64,000 nt of DNA, from assembly GCF_009914755.1 (NCBI RefSeq), contig NC_060928.1; one strand, 5' to 3'. The position numbers and the translations under genes were made by a program. The first letter of the stretch is position 1; each line of letters begins with the position of its first letter. The notes under the pieces were generated by a model. The model searched no databases. It was not told the DNA's origin and saw only the letters and a list, made by a program, of their open reading frames with translations. This document shows, one piece after another, positions 39,536 through 52,832 of the stretch. Origin of the DNA: the human T2T-CHM13v2.0 reference genome, Homo sapiens.

Positions 39536-42500
39536 AATGAACAATGCCTGATGCTTCCTTTTAGAAATGTGTATATATTAATCTCAAAGTATAATAGCTG
39601 TAAATGAAATGTATGGTAGGTTATCAAGAGCCCAGCACGTCTTTTTGAAGGGCACTCTATTTTCATATGACAAATTTGAATCCCCTCCCTAGATTTTTAG
39701 TTAAAAGATACAGGGGAATGTTGTTCTTCAGTATTGCAATATAAAGGTACTCAAACTACACATAAGTAAGATGCCCTTTTTGATGCACTTTGAAGCATAG
39801 TTTTCACTTCCATAATTCTCTACTGTTTCTTACACTGAATTCTGCTTTGTTAGTTATTTTAATACTTTTTCTGTACAATTCAATTTAGTCTGACAGTGTT
39901 AAATCTATTATTTGCAAATCTAAATACACAAAACTGTTTAAAATAAGAAGTTTATTTGTAACCCACTTGGCAGCAAAATATAACACAATTTACATAGGCT
40001 ACGTTACTCTTTGTTGGAACGGACATTCATATGTTTTACTGATAAATAATAATATGAAGCTGCCCAGATTCAAGTGGTGATATTTTCTAATATATAAGGT
40101 GTGAAATTCTGAAACACTTATTTGCAACATGTTCTCTATACTTTATATGTTTAATTTAATAATTTGAGGACTTACTACAGTTTCTGACTTCTTACATACT
40201 ATTGCCAAAATAGTTATGTTTGGTGGATTTTTCCATTGTAATATAATTAGATTAAATAAAACACACACAAACACACAAAAAATAAAATCTGTGACCATAT
40301 GTTCTTCACTTTATTTAGTGAATTATCTGGGCTGCCATTTTAAGCCAGGAATTATTCTTTCATTCATTTCAACGAAGCACAAATATTTAAATATACCAGC
40401 AGTTCTGCAATGTTTGATACAGTTACTTATACAGAAAAATATGTTCTAAGTTCCTAGTTACTAATTATCCATTTATTAAAGCAATCAGGAAGCAATTCAT
40501 GAATATTATATGATATATTGCTAAATTGCAATGATATATTGCAATATTATATGATATATTACAATGAAGTTCTAAAAACTACTGGGCAAAGAATATGCAT
40601 TATTCAATATATTTTGATATCACCAGTAAATGTGTAATAAAATGGAACTGACTTACCCTTCTGACATAAAAGGTAGTTTTATGAGATGTCATCTAGGTAG
40701 TATATTGCGGTACACTCAAAATTCATGAACTGTTTCACATCCATATTGATATCAGAAGGATATGACAGCACAACACATGGGATATAAAATTCTTCATAAA
40801 ACATTACAGCATGATGAGGAAGGGTTTAGGCTGTTTCCTCACTTCATTTAGAGTAATTAGAATATTTAGCTTTTATTTAAAGACACAGATGCTCTTAATG
40901 TATAATATTTAAATGTTTACTTTTCTTCTAAACTGTATATTGTCTTTGTCTCAAATGTTAAGTGTTAAGGCAAGGCTTTCCAAACAGCATGAAGGAGTTT
41001 CAATTATAGAAGTTGTGAATTGTTAATGAGTCATATGAAAAGCAAAGATCAGAAATGGTTCAGGAATATAGGTAATTTTTGTCGGGATATAGCACTTTAA
41101 AAGTATTTTTCAGGAAGTTAAGACTAGCAAACGTATCCACACACAATTTAATTTTAAAGGAAAAATGTGAATATACATTTTTGACACTGCTTTGCAAAGC
41201 AAAAAGCAAACCATAAGAAAACAAAACATAGTTTTATATTTGAAAAAATAATGGAGCTTTCTGATTCCATAAAATAAGCACTTTCTGAAAGTGTACATGC
41301 AAATGGGTTTACATGTCTTAAATTTCTGTCACAAATAAAGTTTTATATTACTTATTTTAGAAACAAATGTTTAGATAATAGTGCCAATGAATTAACATTG
41401 ACATGCTTGACAAAACAGAAAGTTCTAAAGCAAAGGATGGCTGCAGTGTTTTGCTCCTGAAAGTGAAATAGAGTAACTACTACCATTGCACCTACATTCT
41501 GAGACTCCTTCTACATTCCTGTTTCTCTAGTAATGGTTGGCTGATGCATTACTACCCACTGGGGCAATACCGATAATGCTGTTGCTGCAATTGCTGCTGC
41601 AACGGCATCAAAAGACTTCCTTAGGCTATTATACCAGGTATAAAAGAGAGATACAAGTTCAGTCTGAACCCCTAAAGAGCCCTCTCTAATGTCTTGTCAG
41701 CCGCAATCTCTCTGAAAGCTTATGTTCATCAGGTCCAGCCTACAGCAAATAGGAAATCCCAATAGGTAGTCTGTTCAGGAGAATAGGAAAATCAGTAGAA
41801 TTAGATCATTTCATGGCAATTCAACCAATGAATGAGTCAATTTTCCCATTTTTATCTATTTTTTAAACATTTTATTTGGCTAATATAGGCATAGCATCTG
41901 AAAATTCTTTGAAAAGTCAGTGCTCTGCCACTCATTTTTTTTTTTTTTGTATTGAGCTTACAAATTATTCTTTTAATAGAACAGGACTTCTGAAGACAAG
42001 GGAAAGAAATTTCAATCAGTGAAACTGAATATGTGAAGCTGAATATGTATTGTATACTTTAGTGCAAATGAATATAAATTCCATTTGGACTACCTATGTT
42101 TTCTATAATTAAAAAATTATTTTGTTACTATATTATAAACTATATTGCCTACTATTGATATATACTTACCTACATTGACATGTGACACACATTGACCATA
42201 AAATCCATTGACAAACTATTTTGTCTGAATCCATTTAAGTTCTAAAGAGGCATACTTTGTAAGAAAAATATGATGGGAATGTGCATGATAACAAATGTTT
42301 TATTTATATTTTAATATATTTTTATCTCTCAGATTTTAGTAACCCAAAATAATATTATTAGTAATATACTGATTATTGTTAGAATAATAAAATTATTTTG
42401 GGTCACAAATATATAGGATAAATCTATTTAAGTGTGAATAATATATTTATTAACATGCTACTTGATAATTATATTTTGGAAACTCTTTTTGATTTCTAAA

Positions 42501-43949
42501 CTTAGGAGGTAGACATATTCGCTAAGTAGTAGAGAATAATATCACCAGTGTTTGTATCTTCTAAATATTTCTTTATTGCTTAGAATTTGTAACAACAAGT
42601 ATAGTGACTTCTAATCTTTAACAATTTTCATGACGTTTTTAATCTGTGAAGGTCATACTTTTCTAAGCAGGCATATGAGAGAGGGGTCGCTTGAAACTCT
42701 TAAGAGTCCAAGGAGAAACTGATGGTGACTTACCAGAAAAACTGCCTTCATTGGAATGGCTTATATTGTGGATAAAAGTACTAGCTTTCCCTGCTCATTT
42801 ATGGACTGTTTCTCAGTTCTAAATTTTATAAGTAATTAGAAAAGCGTATCTGGATATTTGAAATATTATGACGCAAATCCATATGTATATGATATTAAAT
42901 AAATTCAAATGTATATATCATTACTTAAAACTCTTTTTTACCATATGTAATTTTCAAATCCTTTCACTGTTTTTTAATTTCTTTTCTCCCTAATAAATAT
43001 GTGTATTAATTTATGTGTATGAATTTACAAGTGTTTTATTTGACATTATATAGACTGAGATTGCATGTAGAATTTGTCTGATTAATTAGTGATTTGAGTA
43101 AAAATATGTGTTACAGTTGCATAATACAGGTATGTAACATTGGTGATTGCCTTGCCTTTTTAAAAGATTAGACTACATGTTATTGAAAAAAAAACTTCAA
43201 ATAGATCTAGTAGCATGTTAAATAGTAAAATATGTAGATTCACAAATATGACCATTTCTCCATGAATAGAGAATGCGGATTATTTTATATTAGTGCTCTG
43301 AGTCAGCCATATATAAACTACCATTTCTAAAATTGTTATAAATGATGGAAATTCTAAGGTACTTAGGTAGGTTAGAATACATTATATTTATATGGTGTTG
43401 AATTAATAGTTGGGTGAAAATTTAAAGTTTTCAATTCTTCCCTAAATAATAACTTTTGACAGTATGATGAGAAAATATTGATGATTGCTGAATTTATTAA
43501 ATTAAAATAGTTCACTGTAATTTACTCAATAATTAAATGATTATAATTTTTAAAAAATAGATTGGTCGTTTACTAAATGTAAGTATAGAATTGCCAAGTC
43601 TCACTTTTGATCCAAAACTAAACATAATACATTTGATGTGATTTTGTACTTTTTCACTGGCAACTACAATATGCTTCAATTCAAAACTGAATTACAGGGC
43701 ATTGTAGAAGCATTATTTTATGCTCATTAAGTCTCAGGAATATTTTAGGAGAATTAAAACCTATCAACCTTTTAGTGTATTTTTTTCTTTCTCAGTTTAT
43801 AAAATAATCTGTGAACATACCCACACATATAGTGTGTATCAATAAGAAATAGAGTTCAATGGTTTTCCAAGAAACATAAAAACAAAGTAGTCTTAATGTT
43901 TTTTTTCATTAAAATTTGAATACAAATTTTACAAACACAAATCCAAAAT

Positions 43950-44395
43950 CATTTCCACAGACCCTGTGGTCTGGTGTCAACATTTGTATCATAGGCTACA
44001 TGTGGAGAATTCCTAGGTTGGGTAGTAGTGACCACACTCTAATACCTTTATCAAGTGAGTCATTGGCTGTGGCCTGATTAAGAAGTGCGTGACCTTAGAA
44101 AGCTGAGTCAGAGCCTGAGGATGCTAACAGCTGGAGACTGTTAGCTAACTGCACTTCTTTCATTTGAACAGCAATTTCTCTATTGAGGAGAGATTTGACT
44201 GGCTTGCTTCCATGGCTGCTATAATCTTTATTTTTGCATCATGGATCCACTTCTCCATTAATACTCAGAGAATATCCTTTTTAGGGATCCAAGGGGTCTC
44301 TCTTCCTGAGGAAAAACTTAAAAGAGGATATAGTAAAACAAACTGTTGCTCATCCATGGTGGGAAATGAAACAAGGGGAAGTTCATGCTTTCTCT
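43950..44395 (-). mobile_element. LTR40-like ERVL LTR (to ~44223) plus adjacent internal fragment
   Basis: ctgttagctaactgcacttc..cagcaatttctctattgaggagagatttgactggcttgcttccatggctgctata resembles the antisense LTR40 start. Confidence 0.55.
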
Positions 44396-44397
44396 AG

Positions 44398-45810
44398 TGT
44401 AGCCTCTTGGTTATATGATCACAGAAAGTGGTTAGAGGCTTGACTTTTATTTCCATTTTGGCTTGTGACTTTAATTGGCTACTTCAACACCTGGAAGTTT
44501 AGCCCTCTCTCTAGCTCACCTGAGCTTCTGAAAACCTGGCTCAGCAAAAGGGTAATCAATTAAGCAGAATGCCATTATGAAGAGCCAAAAGCTGAAAGAT
44601 GCTGCAGGGCACGTTTGAGAGGTGCTATTGTAGCCTCTCTTACATTCTAAAGGAGTGTGCCAGTGGATGATTTACAAGAGTCTGAGGGCCCCGCTGAGTA
44701 CTTCAACAATAAGTGTCGGGAAGTGCTAGTGGAGCCAGTGAGGCAGTTGGCCAGCCATGCCAGTTGGTCTTGGGAAGTGCTAGCAGGAGTGCAGCATGCT
44801 TGGAGGATGCCAACAGGTTGTTTATATGTGGTTTTTGGTTCCAAGAGGGGGGTCTTTGGTTGTCTTTTGTTCTTGAATCCTGGCTAAACTCCCTTAGTGA
44901 GTCAGGTTAGAGATCCAATGGAGAGATTTGAAAAAACAAAACTAGACAATCAGTTTCCTAACTGCTCCCTAGCTGCTCCTAGTGGCTATAACCACTGTTT
45001 GTCGGCTTCCAGCAATAGGATCAGAAATGGAGTTGGGACTCGTGGGAGCTGAGGTACTCTAAGCAGGTCCCCAATACTGATAAAAACTCTGCTACACAGT
45101 AAGTTGTTGAAACCTCAGAAGAAAAACAGAAGAGTCTAGAGCCTTCAAGATTACTTTGCCTAGTGGCCCCAAGAAACTTTAGAGATTTGGTTAGTACTTC
45201 TCCAGAAGTAATCTTACCTAAGCTAATAAGAGAGAGTGGCATGATGTAGGGCACATTACTATAAACTCCCCCCCAAAGTGCCCTGAGAAACCCCTGTCAA
45301 CAACCCAAAACACAAACGGCAACAGTGATAGCAGCAGTTACTCACGCTAGCTCCCCACCTTCTCTTCACTACCCCAGAAAACTTGTGGACAAATCCTGAC
45401 AAAGATTTCACTCCCCTAGTTCTCCCTGTGGGCCTGGAGGTGAGTCAAAGATCTCTGTCATTCTTTGTCCAGACCTCTCGACTTTCTGAAATAAACTCAA
45501 CTGGGGGTTAAACCATATCTCCCTGTTCCCAGGAAGGACTAGAGACCTTATGCCAAGATTAGAGTTCACTGTGGAAATGAAAGAAAATTACATCTCTTGG
45601 GCCTTTTAGATAATTGTGCACAGGTGACTCTGATGCACCAACATGAAGGAAAGTTAATGCTCTCTTGCTTGGGGGTTGAAGCTACCAACCTTGGGACCTT
45701 TGCCCAAGTGTAACTGTGGATGAGTCCTTCTGGGGCCTACAAAACTACTGTTACAGCCCCCCCACTGCTGAGTATGTCATTGGTATTGATGTAATTTCTA
45801 TAGACACCCC
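44398..45810 (+). mobile_element. Old ERV-L-class provirus remnant (possible LTR, gag, protease)
   Basis: Frame from 45543 reads RPYAKIRVHCGNERKLHLLGLLDNCAQVTLMH, a degenerate LLDTGAQVT aspartic protease motif. AEYVIGIDVI follows at ~45767-45796. Confidence 0.7.
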
Positions 45811-46149
45811 TACTGTTTACCCTTACATTTTTTTTACTTGGTAACTGTAAACAAATAGACAGCTTATATTTAAGATCATTAGTGCTATAAACTCTAAAGA
45901 CAAATAATGACAATTAAATTTCAAATTTGAAGGCAGGATTCTTTAGGGTTGATAGTACTTCAATGTAACTATCCACGATATGTGCACACAGTGTCCAATT
46001 CTTCATTGAATCAACAAATATTTTTGAGTGCCTGTAATGTTTCAAATTCTACTGCCAACTCAGTTTCGCCTGGCATACATATTAATTTCTAAAATAAACA
46101 TTATGAGAAGTAGTTCCAAATCAATAATTAAATAAAATTTGAAAGACGT

Positions 46150-46497
46150 TGACATGGTTTGGCTCTGTGTCCCAACCCAAATCGCACCTTGAATCCCCAT
46201 GTGTAAAGGACGGGACCAGGTGGAGATAATTGAATTATGGGCGCTGTTTTCCCCAGGCTTGTCTCATGATAGTGAGTGAGTTCTCATGAGAGCTGACAGT
46301 TTTATAAGGGGTCTCCTCCTTTACTTGGCTTTCATTCTGTCTCCTGCCACCCTGTAAAGTGGTGACTTCTGCCATGATTGTAAGTTTCTTGAGGCCTCTC
46401 CAACTATGCACTACTGTGAGTCAATTAAACCTCTTTTCTTTATAAATTACCCAGTCTCAGGCATTTCTTCATAGCAGCGAGAGAACAGACTAATACA
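46150..46497 (+). mobile_element. THE1D-like solo LTR
   Basis: tgacatggtttggctctgtgtccc...gaacagactaataca; TSD gacgt/gatgt. Confidence 0.9.
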
Positions 46498-46629
46498 GAT
46501 GTTGTAAGGGATCATTAGAGACAACAAGATGAGAGCCTAATCTGGTTGGTTACTATTTAATGTATTCATAATATCAAGTGAGGACAAGTAGACACGATTC
46601 TCTTTGATAGATATTATGGATAAAGTAGT

Positions 46630-47290
46630 GAACAGATCTATTACATTCCTGCTCCATTAAGCTTATCATATGAAACTAATTATGTAATCAGAAAAAATAT
46701 ATGCTACAGCTGCTAAGGGCTTCACATGATGTTGTGAGCATAAAATAGAAGATGTCTACAAAAATAAGGAGCACAAGGATGTCAGTGAGGAAATGATGGG
46801 AAACCAGAGATCTAAACGAAGTACAAATGTGTTCTCAGTAAAAATAAAAGTCTACAAAGAAGGGTAAGTCTCAGGAAATGACTGGCAGCAGAAGGTAACA
46901 TTAGTCGTTTGAATAATTAGACAAGCCAGGGATATTAAAGTGAGTATGAGAAGAATAAAAGGCTGCTGGAATGAAGTAGGGCTCCATTACACAGGTCTGT
47001 TTAGTTCATGTTGTGGATTTTGGTTTTCCTTCTTAGAACAGTGTGAAATCATTAACATACTTTACACCAGAATTGTGGGGTTTGGTTTTGTATGTTGAAA
47101 GTTCTGCATTGGTTATCCTATAGAAAACAGATTGGAGAAGAGGCAGAATTAATGTGTGGATGTGGTGGGGAGGGAGGTTAAATAGGAATTCAAGTCTCAG
47201 TCTCAGAGAAGAGAGCTCCATCCAGCCTGCAGATGCAAACATTTAAGCCTTCTGCGGTATTGATGGTAATTAAAGCAGGTGCAAGATAAA
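46630..47290 (-). mobile_element. L2 relic
   Basis: cattcctgctccattaagctta..; gttcatgttgtggattttggttttc..; aggaattcaagtctcagtctcagagaagagagct..gatggtaattaaagc. Confidence 0.55.
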
Positions 47291-47294
47291 AGTT

Positions 47295-47605
47295 GGCTAT
47301 GGACATGTAATCCTAGCTCTTTGGGAGGCCAAAGTGGGTGGATCATTTGAGGCCAGTGGTTCGTGATCAGCCTGGGCAACATGGCTAAATCCTGTCTCTA
47401 CTAAAAATACTCCCCCCAAAACATTAGCTGGACGTGGCAGTGCATGCCTGTAGTCCCAGCTACTTAGGAAGTTGAGGCATAAAAATCTCTTGAACCCGGG
47501 AGGCAGAAGTTGCAGTGAGCCCATATCGTGCTACTACACTCCAGCCTGGGTGACAGAGGGAGACTATGTCTCAAAAAACAAAACAAAAACAAAAAAACAA
47601 AAAAA
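47295..47605 (+). mobile_element. Alu (AluJb/old AluS), altered 5' end
   Basis: tgtaatcctagctctttgggaggcc..gcctgggcaacatgg..; (CAAAA)-type tail. Confidence 0.9.
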
Positions 47606-47666
47606 TTTTGAGAAAGTGTAGAAAAAGGATAAATAAAAGTAAGACTAAACCTTGAAGAACAAATGC

Positions 47667-47700
47667 TGTGTGCATGTGTGTGTGTGTGTGTGTGTGTGTG
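47667..47700. repeat. (TG)n microsatellite
   Basis: Directly visible. Confidence 0.92.
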
Positions 47701-48124
47701 AATGTGTTTTAACAGTGTATGTGTATGTGTGAGGATGTGATTCAAAAAGTACCCATAAAAGTAATTCAAGAAAAGATTTAAAAAAATTAAATTTTGCAAT
47801 TTATGTTCAAAAAATAAACTTTGTTCTATAAGCTGGAATATTTTTTCCCAACAATAACTAATATGGGGTTGCTGAACAGCAACAACATAAACATTTGAAA
47901 CTATGCAGCCTTTGACCTCTGAAACAAAGTGCAAGATAACAGAGAATGTGTTGGAAAAGATTTTTAACCACTGGTATTGCTCGGAAACACAAATCAGGCA
48001 GCAAATCAGGCAGTCACGATCTCTATGGGGAAGACGAGCTTTGTGATGAGGCCAAAGTTATTGCCAGTCACTCTTCCATTACTGAACAATCTCCAATTTT
48101 ACCTTACTTTTTAAATTAATGTTA

Positions 48125-48480
<356 letters not shown>

Positions 48481-48749
48481 TCATAGGTAAATATAAGCAA
48501 GCACTTACCATATAAAATGGTAAAAATAATAAATCATTGGGTTAAAAAGAGAGAAAACAAATATAATAAAATATTACATAAGTCAATAGGGGGGGTAAGC
48601 AGAATTATTATTCACCCAGTAATAGGGTGAATAATTTCTAAGTGAGCAGATAATGCAAGTGAATTTAGTGAAAAACTAAAAAATAAACCAAAAGAAAGGC
48701 AAAGATTTGTGAAAAATGAACAGGAAGCTTGGAAACACTAGCATGTATG

Positions 48750-49640
48750 TTAAATTAATAAAATCATGGTTTTTAAAAGTCATATTAATTTGGAAATTAA
48801 AAAAGCTAAGTAAGTGACACATCAAAAAATCATTAAAATTTGAAATTTTTTTAAAAATTGAACAATTATAAAACATTACATATTTCATTGAGATGGCTGA
48901 AACCAAAGTAGTAATTAGAAAATTTTAGCCTTAAAAAGAGGTGGAGCTAATACTTAAATGTACCACTTAAGATGTTTTAAAAAGTATCGAAAATTTTTCA
49001 AAAGGAAACTAATAAATATTATAATAGAAATTAATTTGAATATAGAAATATTCTAGAGAAACCACCAAAAGCAACATCTTTTTTAAGTAGGCTAGTAGAA
49101 TTCATAAACAGCTTGCAAAATCAATCAAAAAATAAGAAAAGACACAAATAAACAATATTAGTTGGGAAACGAAAAAATTCTAGAATGAGTAACTTGTGAA
49201 AACCTACTAAAGAGAAATTTGAAAAAAAAAAAGCTTTTATTGTTCTATGATCGTTAAAAACAAACAGTAGTTAAAAATTTTCCCAGGTTTAAAAGGAAAG
49301 ATTGAGAAGATTTTTTATAACTTCTCAAGAAATAGATTAGTTTTCACTAAAAATTTCTCAAGAGAATTAAAAATAAAATAAATTCTCAAGAGAATTAAAA
49401 ATAAAAAAGTGCGTTTCCATAATACTTACAAGGTAGTATAAATTTAATTGCAAGACAAGATAAAGATATTAATATAAAGAAAGAAAAAATTATAGTCCAG
49501 TCTGTCTTACAAACAAGAATGTAAAATCTGTAATAAAAATGTTATCAAACTAAATCCATCAGTGTATATTCAAATATAATACCTCATGGTCAAGAATGGG
49601 TATCCTGGGGCAATGTAAGCAATGTTTTCAATCAGGAAGT
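48750..49640 (+). mobile_element. Old L1 (L1ME-like) ORF2 relic
   Basis: A-rich; aaaattatagtccagtctgtcttacaaacaagaatgtaaaatctgtaataaaaatgttatcaaactaaatccatcag resembles NYRPISL..DAKIL.KILAN.IQQ. Confidence 0.6.
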
Positions 49641-49919
49641 GATTTAGAAAAATCTTGTGTCATGGAAGACTTCACTCCAGCTGAAGGCTTTGCAGAATGC
49701 TGAGGAAGTAGGTGTTGAGGAAAGGAAGAGCTAATGTTTCCATTTTCAGGGTACAGGCACAGCTCACTTGAGGCAGGACTGCAGTGAAGGAAGAACTCAA
49801 TGTCCTTTTTCATGTGTTACCGAAGCTAGGAATAGAGCCTTTGGTCACATTCTGGCCAGGCCTTCACCCTTGTTTGGCTTCACCAGGCTCCTAGTGCTAC
49901 ACCTATTCCAAAATATTCT

Positions 49920-50214
49920 CTTTTATTAAATTGACACATAATATTTGTACATATTTATTGAGTACATTGAATTTCCCATGCATATAATGTGTAGTGATCA
50001 GTTCAGGGTAATTAGCATACCTATCATCTCAAACATTTATCATTTTTTTGTGTTGGGAACATTCAATATCCTCCTTCTAGCTACTTGAAAGTCTACTAGT
50101 GTTAACTACAGTCATCCTAACAGTGGTATAGAACACTAGAACTTATTCCTCCTATCTAGCTTTAATTGTATATTCTTTAACAAATCTCTCCCTGTCCTTT
50201 TCTTCCATTACCCT
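49920..50214 (-). mobile_element. L1MA (MA3-like) extreme 3' end
   Basis: ttgacacataatatttgtacatattta..gtgatcagttcagggtaattagcatacctatcatctcaaacatttatcattt..gaacactagaacttattcctcctatctagct. Confidence 0.85.
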
Positions 50215-50546
50215 GTGCAAATAAGACCAAGCCAGTAACTTTATTTACAACACTGCAGATTATATTGGAATAACAGGTTTGTGAGGCTATAGTGTGCACC
50301 ACATTAAAACAGCAAGGAAGAGCTATTTATATAGAAAGGTTGGAATGAGGGATTTTCACTAGAGCAAATTAACTTCTTGTCAACTGCCAAAATAAAACAA
50401 AACAAAACTGAGCATATGAATGTTAGTATACTGAAGGCATGTTATACCAGTTTCTGTGCAGCATGCTAAAAGTTAGAACTTCTTCACTGGTGCATATCAA
50501 TCATCAATAGTCATGTTTTATCCCCTTCTTGACAAATTTCAGGCAT
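50213..50546 (-). pseudogene. Candidate retrocopied mRNA 3'UTR fragment (recalled as HNRNPA3-like distal 3'UTR; unverified)
   Basis: Non-repeat sequence. The minus strand reads gcatgctgcacagaaactggtataacatgccttcagtatactaac...ctatagcctcacaaacctgttattcc...aaagttactggcttggtcttatttgcacag, which I recall from a human mRNA 3'UTR. The parent-gene assignment is from memory only. Confidence 0.5.
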
Positions 50547-51107
50547 GTCTTATTTTAGATGGAGTATAGCTTTAGATCCTGAAAAGGTAACTGTTTAGTA
50601 TGTCATGTAAACATGGTTTAATGGACATTAATTTCTTGCAATATATACATTATGAAACAACTTATTTGACAATATTACTCTATGAATATACTATGATGAA
50701 ATGTGCTGTAAAATGTAACATCATTTCCAATAATCTGTGGAAATAAACTGTTAGGGCTGCCTAAAATTTAATTTCCCAAATTCCAAACAAATGATGTGTT
50801 AATTTCAAACAAATAATCTACTTACATAAAGGGTAACTTTCTGAACATGTACCTAAAATTAAACTGTATAAAACTATTTATTAAAGGTAAAAACTTGAAT
50901 TCAAAATAGTGTTAAAATTTTATGTAGAAAGTTACTCATCTTATTTTGCTATATATACCTATAGTTTCTTTATTAAACAACTATCAGCTCAACGTAGGTC
51001 TCTGTATACTTACGAATTTTTGGTTAGTTAGATCTACCATGACTAGATGAACAAAGTTTGAATAATGGAAATATCATTTAAAAATAGGCTCTCTTTTTTA
51101 GAGCAAT

Positions 51108-51806
51108 GTGCATATATATGTATATCACACGTATATTACATATATTACATACATATGTATATTACACGTATATTACATATATTACATACATATGTATATC
51201 ACACGTATATTACACATATATTACATACATATGTATATCACATGTATATCACACATATATTACATACATATATATATCACATGTATATTACACATATATT
51301 ACATACATATGTATATTACATGTATATTACACATATATTACATACATATGTATATAACATGTATACCACACATATATTACATACATATGTATATTACATG
51401 TATATCACACATATATTACATATGTATATTACATGTATATTACATATGTATATTACATGTATAGTACATATATTACATACATATGCATATTACATGCATA
51501 GTACATACATATGTATATTACATGTATATTACATATATTACATACATATGTAATATGTATATTACATGTATATTACATACATATGTATATTACATGTATA
51601 TTACATACATATGTATATTACATGCATATGTATATTACATGTATATTACATACGTATATTACATGCATAGTACATACATATGTATATTACATGTATATTA
51701 CATACATATGTATATTACATGTATATTACATACATATGTATATTACATGTATATTACATACATATGTATATTACATGTATATTACATATATATTACATAT
51801 ATATGT
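51108..51806. repeat. AT-rich minisatellite, ~700 bp, built from gtatattacat/acatat subunits
   Basis: Units of about 28 bp (gtatattacatgtatattacatacatat) to 37-39 bp. It is the source of the Y/I/T/H/M-rich ORFs. Confidence 0.95.
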
Positions 51807-52234
51807 ATCCATATTGCTTCACTGAACTCTGTTACCACAGAAAAAATTATCAGGTATGCAGTAATGTTTTGCACATAACTTCTAAGAAATAAGATAAGAG
51901 GTTTTTAATGTCATTGAATCCTTCTATATAAGCATAACTTTTAATAAGGTATTTAAAACAGCTTTAAGAAAACACTTATATAACCATTAGTTTTAACTAC
52001 ACCTATTTTCCCTGATTTTAACTTCAGATATCAAAAATCATTTTCCACAACAAAATCATGTCATTATCATTTTAGTTATACATAGTAAAAATATTTATTT
52101 AAATTTGCATTCAGAATAAAATGATAAAATATTTTTCATCCAAAACCAGATTTTGTAAGATTGTAAGAAAAAGACAGATACAGATAAACAGTAAAACTGC
52201 TAAAGGAACTATGCTTCAAGCAGACAGAGCAGTG

Positions 52235-52450
52235 ATCTCAATGGCGGCTATCCATGAATTTTAAAGGAAGTGAACAAGAGAACCAGTGAACCTTTAACTG
52301 ACATTTTTTAAAGTTCACTAGACTTGGGAGAGATTCTAGAGGATTTGAAAGCAGTAAACATGACTATGTTATTTCAAAAGGGTCAAGACAGAAGCAAAAA
52401 TATATATATTATGAGAGCAGCAAGTTGAGAAAAGTCTTACTAAAGCTGCA
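52235..52450 (+). mobile_element. CR1/L3-type LINE ORF2 (pre-RT) relic
   Basis: Frame from 52261 reads LKEVNKRTSEPLTDIF*SSLDLGEILEDLKAVNMTMLFQKG, compared with the CR1 motif LKEL..EISEPL..IF..S...GEVPEDWK.ANV..IFKKG. Confidence 0.7.
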
Positions 52451-52832
52451 TGCTGAAAGAATACTAGTAAAAGAGAATTCTTTTAATATAAAATGATCAC
52501 TATAAATATACTCATTAAAGTGCTTAAAGAATATAAACATATCATAAGAAAATATATATTTAAATTTAAACTCAAAGTTGATATTGAAATGAACCTTGAA
52601 TGGTCATAAGCATTGAAGAAAAAGAACATAAAATGTTGTAGTATTTGAATTGTTTTGACAGGGTAAAGAGAAGAAGAAAAAGAACATTCCCTAAATTTAG
52701 AAAACATTGCTTTAGTATAGCATCTAAACTAGGGATAACTAAATTGCAATGTACAAAACTGCACTTAAATGATTTCAATAAAGGAGGATGATCCATCATA
52801 GGATCACTTAATAACTATTTGAGTCTATTTCC

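Noticed and set aside
51065-51892. Six overlapping Tyr/Ile/His-rich ORFs
   Set aside because: They are translations of the minisatellite, which has few stop codons on this strand.
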